From a virus (taxonomy: Duplodnaviria > Caudoviricetes), in IMG/VR virus record IMGVR_UViG_3300025030_000384, positions 1-26,017 of that record: 26,017 nucleotides of DNA; one strand, 5' to 3'. Positions 23,401 to 26,017 of the stretch are shown piece by piece. Each line of letters opens with the position of its first letter. The stretch's first letter is position 1. The notes beneath the pieces were generated by a model. That model was given only the letters and a program-made list of their open reading frames with translations. It was not told the origin of the DNA and did not search any database. Both the position numbers and the translations under genes were made by a program.

Positions 23401-26017
23401 AGCCTGTCGGCCGCAGCAAAACGAATATCAGGATTCTCACCGTCGAAGTCGCCATTGTTACCAGTGGCTGATTTTATTTGGATCGGGGAGAAGGCGATGA
23501 ATGAGTCTGCCCCGCCCTCAGCATCCTCAAATTCATTCTTATACACAACGCCGTCGTAACCTGCTTTTTGTATTGCTGCTTTTATGGCGCGATCACTAGC
23601 AGAGCTGTGGATTTTTGTTCCGAGAGCCTCGTTCACCATAGCCACGACGTCAGTGCCCTGCCACGCACCTAAATCGTTGAGCCTTAATGGGTTCTCTAGT
23701 CTTAGATATGATTCAATAACCCTCGGGATTCCTTCCGCGCCGTTAAAATCGTTCCGGTCTATTATCTCATCCACAGCATCCTGCGTCCCAAAATGGAAGC
23801 CCATCTGCCCGACAGTAAATGCGGTATTGAATGCGTTGAAGTCTGCGTAAGTCCCATGATACACCACCAACGGCTCTCCGTTCGCGTCAACGACCTTACT
23901 CTTGCCGAACCACTTCTTGAATGCCGGTGTGTCTGTCAGGGGTGTGGTTTGTGGTCCTTTGAACCACGCCGCTGCGTCATTCACAGGATCTTTTCCTTCG
24001 GAAATCGAAGCGGCGAACTTAATGCCTGCGTCGTCAAACGCCTTGTCAAACTCGGCTTGGTCGAAGGACGGAACTTTGGAGCCTTTGGTCTGCTCTTTCA
24101 GCCATGCTCTGGCTCTGTCGCCGTGGAAAATAACGTAGTCCATCGGTACGGTCACGTCGCCCACTTGGCGGGTGTTCTCCCCGAACACATCGGTCAGGAT
24201 GATGTCGGTGCCAGGAATCTGGTAAGCGGTCAGACCCTCGATGCGTTTGAACCCTGCATCAGTCAGCATCTTCTCCGTCTGTTCGATTCGGGCAGCGGGG
24301 CCGCTCATTACCCTTTGACTAAATTCAGGGAGTAGGCCACCTTCGGTGTCTTGGAAACCTGTCAGGGTCAGCGCGGAGTCAGTTCCGAACAGGTAGTTGA
24401 ACAGCTCCACCCTGTCAAAGAGTTCGCGGTAAGATACGTGATATGTACCTGGAACATGGTTGCGTTTCGTCACAGTCCCGTCGCCGTTGAACACCACGTC
24501 ATGCTCATTACCCTTGATGCGTTTCCCGTCGCTGTTCCGCTGCTCGTTCCACGTCTTGTCGAACGCTTTGCCGTCGTTCAGGATTCCTTGGCTCTTGGCC
24601 CAAGCTCTGAGTACACTGGCTTCTTTTACTTTCCTTGCTCGGGGGCTGGTGACACGTCCGTCGTAGATGACTGAGCTAACCAATCTTTCAAGTTCATCTG
24701 AGGCTGCGCGGAGAGAGCTTTCCTTACCTTGCTTTGAAGCGCCAGCAAGGATGCCGGCAGTGAGATTTCCGTTTTCATTATTTACTCCTTCCGTGGCGAA
24801 CTTAATGCCTTTACCGAACTTACCTTCTTTGTGGAGCCGTGCGTACTTGGCGAAGATGTCGGCAACGACCTGCTCGATACCTTTCACGTCTTTTACAATC
24901 GTTTCAGAATCCTTGAATATGCTGAACGCGCTGCGGGTCTTGGTGATGAACCCTTTGACCCACGAGATAAGTTTGGCAAACAGCGACGGTTCTTTCGCCG
25001 CCAGAGTGTCCCAGAAGCTACGCTTGTTGAACTGCGCACCTACGAGATTGGCGACCGCCTCATAGGACAGTGCGGCATCGGACAGCTTCGAATACTCTGG
25101 TATTTTGCGCAGCCTCTCTGCATACTTCGCATAGCTCTGCATGTCGGCTCTGGCCCGAACATGGCCGCGCAGCTCCTCGTACAGCCCTGGTGCCTCCGAC
25201 TCCATCTGGTGGGCCATCTCGTGGCCGAGCAGCGTCATCTGCAAGTCTTTGTGTTTGCCGTTGATGTAGATGGTGGTGTCGTCGTTGAAGACGAACCCTT
25301 GCGGCATTACATCCACGTCCCCCATGTATTCGAAGGTACGGACCTTGTGACCAAAGATGGCCCCAATAGCATCCAGATGGGCCGATGCCTCAGTCTCAGT
25401 AAACGAGAGTTTTGACGGATCAAGGATCTTACCGAACTTCTTCGCCTCCGCAACAACACGAGTTTTGATGATTTCATCTGTCTCACCACCTCTTTGAGCC
25501 GTTCCAAGCTCGCCTGGAAAGCTCTCTGCTCCTGCGGAGTTCTCTCTTGGAAGTATCCCTGAGTTCTCTCCTGGAAGTGAATTAACATCACTTATCTCCT
25601 CCCCAAACTGCGAAGCTACGTTCTGATAACCCTTCGACGGGGTGAACTCCTCGGCTGTGCCGCCCGCGATAGCGGCCTTGTATGCGTCCAGATACCCTTG
25701 AACCTCCGCCAGATCAGCACCCTGCTCCACATCGACGGACAGACCTCTGGTGCCGACACTCGCCGTGGCGAGAACCTCACCCTTGGGCGTAACGAAACCC
25801 ACCTTGCCGTCCGGTCGTTCGAGAGCGACGACCTGTGGTCGCCCTTCTTCACTGCGAAGCAGTGTGGCCTGCCGGTATTTCCCCGCAGGTGGCGGGGTGT
25901 GCGAGGTCTTGGATTTGGGGGGTGTCGCGGGTTCAGGTGCTAAGGTCTCAGGTGCTAAGGTCTCAGGTGCTAAGGTCTCAGGTGCTAAGGTCTCAGGTGC
26001 TAAGGTCTCAGGTGCTA
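20454..26017 (-). CDS. Giant polyvalent (probably virion-ejected) protein, 5'-truncated: zincin HExxH, kinase-like, ART-like and PLxRFG-like domains
   Basis: The frame stays open from 25802 to the window end (>1850 aa). HEMAH at 25209-25223; FKKWFGKSKVVD..GEPLVVYHGT...GYDG...QIKSATGNNG.FD; YFPFMRFG at about 22731-22760. Confidence 0.85.
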   Translation of the reverse strand, partial: APETLAPETLAPETLAPETLAPETLAPEPATPPKSKTSHTPPPAGKYRQATLLRSEEGRPQVVALERPDGKVGFVTPKGEVLATASVGTRGLSVDVEQGADLAEVQGYLDAYKAAIAGGTAEEFTPSKGYQNVASQFGEEISDVNSLPGENSGILPRENSAGAESFPGELGTAQRGGETDEIIKTRVVAEAKKFGKILDPSKLSFTETEASAHLDAIGAIFGHKVRTFEYMGDVDVMPQGFVFNDDTTIYINGKHKDLQMTLLGHEMAHQMESEAPGLYEELRGHVRARADMQSYAKYAERLRKIPEYSKLSDAALSYEAVANLVGAQFNKRSFWDTLAAKEPSLFAKLISWVKGFITKTRSAFSIFKDSETIVKDVKGIEQVVADIFAKYARLHKEGKFGKGIKFATEGVNNENGNLTAGILAGASKQGKESSLRAASDELERLVSSVIYDGRVTSPRARKVKEASVLRAWAKSQGILNDGKAFDKTWNEQRNSDGKRIKGNEHDVVFNGDGTVTKRNHVPGTYHVSYRELFDRVELFNYLFGTDSALTLTGFQDTEGGLLPEFSQRVMSGPAARIEQTEKMLTDAGFKRIEGLTAYQIPGTDIILTDVFGENTRQVGDVTVPMDYVIFHGDRARAWLKEQTKGSKVPSFDQAEFDKAFDDAGIKFAASISEGKDPVNDAAAWFKGPQTTPLTDTPAFKKWFGKSKVVDANGEPLVVYHGTYADFNAFNTAFTVGQMGFHFGTQDAVDEIIDRNDFNGAEGIPRVIESYLRLENPLRLNDLGAWQGTDVVAMVNEALGTKIHSSASDRAIKAAIQKAGYDGVVYKNEFEDAEGGADSFIAFSPIQIKSATGNNGDFDGENPDIRFAAADRLRASTKGSGNMLRNVRDKVMRFIMPISRTIDMAVSSRQFAPIHKYLKQYGDLVQRKAGYKQSELDRAWYGVVAIGKAFKTKAEEQMLSDLVIMATTYQLHADPTRANDWTEESWAKSGMQERTGKTLGVALKEVRDLYAKFTPEQRVAHQTMIDQMHEVYLEGHKAALAPWEAVHGAEMMSQARKAKEGDSEELLNLKQIIENIDARYPLLKGDYFPFMRFGDFMVRTASMDENGEMGSTQRMEFFDSELEASEYVDMINANPDNGLHATIEKQQKMGRDAVNIPGALISKLRSAAEAQFKKTNPGASQEDADKYAKAIEGLMQEAEALRINMMPGNATAGNKLHRQGVAGFSTNVLKVYSNYVQNHANANAGLIFGAQIEQSFRDMHNAIKAFTSEPQYDIRSAVEMDTLYNYLYENDKTSAKVKINGFVKATGKTSFLWYLSSPSIWAVQWSQPFMITIPKMAAKFGYGKAFKAYTQAAKQYLAGDFSDEKINTFNREHEFVGDRIYDLITESYAEGADKAKIDKQIAALFSGFKNQKDRRLVLLKVLSLQGRIDLSSSHSLRELGEASNSGDRLADKLSATSNWAAEKLSFFMRHSETGSRRAAAVSAFELSHGKSFLDANEYAAHIINDTLYDVSSENRGKAWQGNAGHILGQFQYFRLHTLGKILQLVKDSYGAEYKNNQTPEGKAKRDEARKEMAYMVGTSMALAGAGGTPLALALGNTGMTAIWGALSFMFGDDDDPEFDMKRSYETTMREYMGDTIGNVFIKGLPSLVGWDVSQRIGLGSMGDIVMGEPPAGVTGTAKANWYAGRLLGPSWGIASDIVRSGDALAEGEIGKAIQYSTPKVLRDFLKAAEVSSDGVRGGGKTILASEDISMYSYALMMVGINPMEVSLAREESRYIKNLSTELSRKRSLLIRKVAEATADNDVDARDAALEGINKWTAANPKLGITAEELARGIKRVRASRTGGLTERERIVKEM
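25933..26017. repeat. 15-bp perfect tandem repeat (TCAGGTGCTAAGGTC, about 5.7 copies, runs off the window)
   Basis: Read directly; encodes APETL repeats on the - strand. Confidence 0.97.

Noticed and set aside
3682-25943. Numerous antisense and alternate-frame ORFs in the track
   Set aside because: They are shadows of well-supported genes, without RBS or motifs.
1-26017. Integron integrase or other tyrosine recombinase, tRNA and rRNA genes
   Set aside because: No ORF with tyrosine-recombinase catalytic motifs and no cloverleaf or rRNA-like sequence was recognised.

Overview
A 26-kb fragment of a dsDNA phage or prophage genome. The + strand (1-20428) carries early and replication genes: family-A DNA polymerase with a 129-aa mini-intein, YopX, a PD-(D/E)XK exonuclease, KTSC, a dATP/dGTP diphosphohydrolase-like protein, VRR-NUC, two DNA methyltransferases, an SNF2 helicase, an SSB-like protein, a DHH phosphoesterase, two HTH proteins, a primase/DUF927 helicase and an Acb2/Tad1-like protein. 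It converges on a 5'-truncated giant polyvalent protein on the - strand (zincin, kinase-like, ADP-ribosyltransferase-like and PLxRFG-like domains). The most striking element is at 1-2530: an array of small genes, each followed by a 50-68 bp imperfect hairpin that opens with TAAC(GG) and closes with GTT, the architecture of integron attC sites, with no integrase in the window. Two of these sites are identical except that their 28-bp centre is precisely inverted. One gene-less cassette matches the two ends of a gene-filled cassette joined at a 5-bp ACAAG repeat. A 14-bp quasi-palindrome (GTAAAG-WW-CTTRAC) recurs at sigma70-like promoters. All family assignments come from motif recognition by eye; no searches were run.
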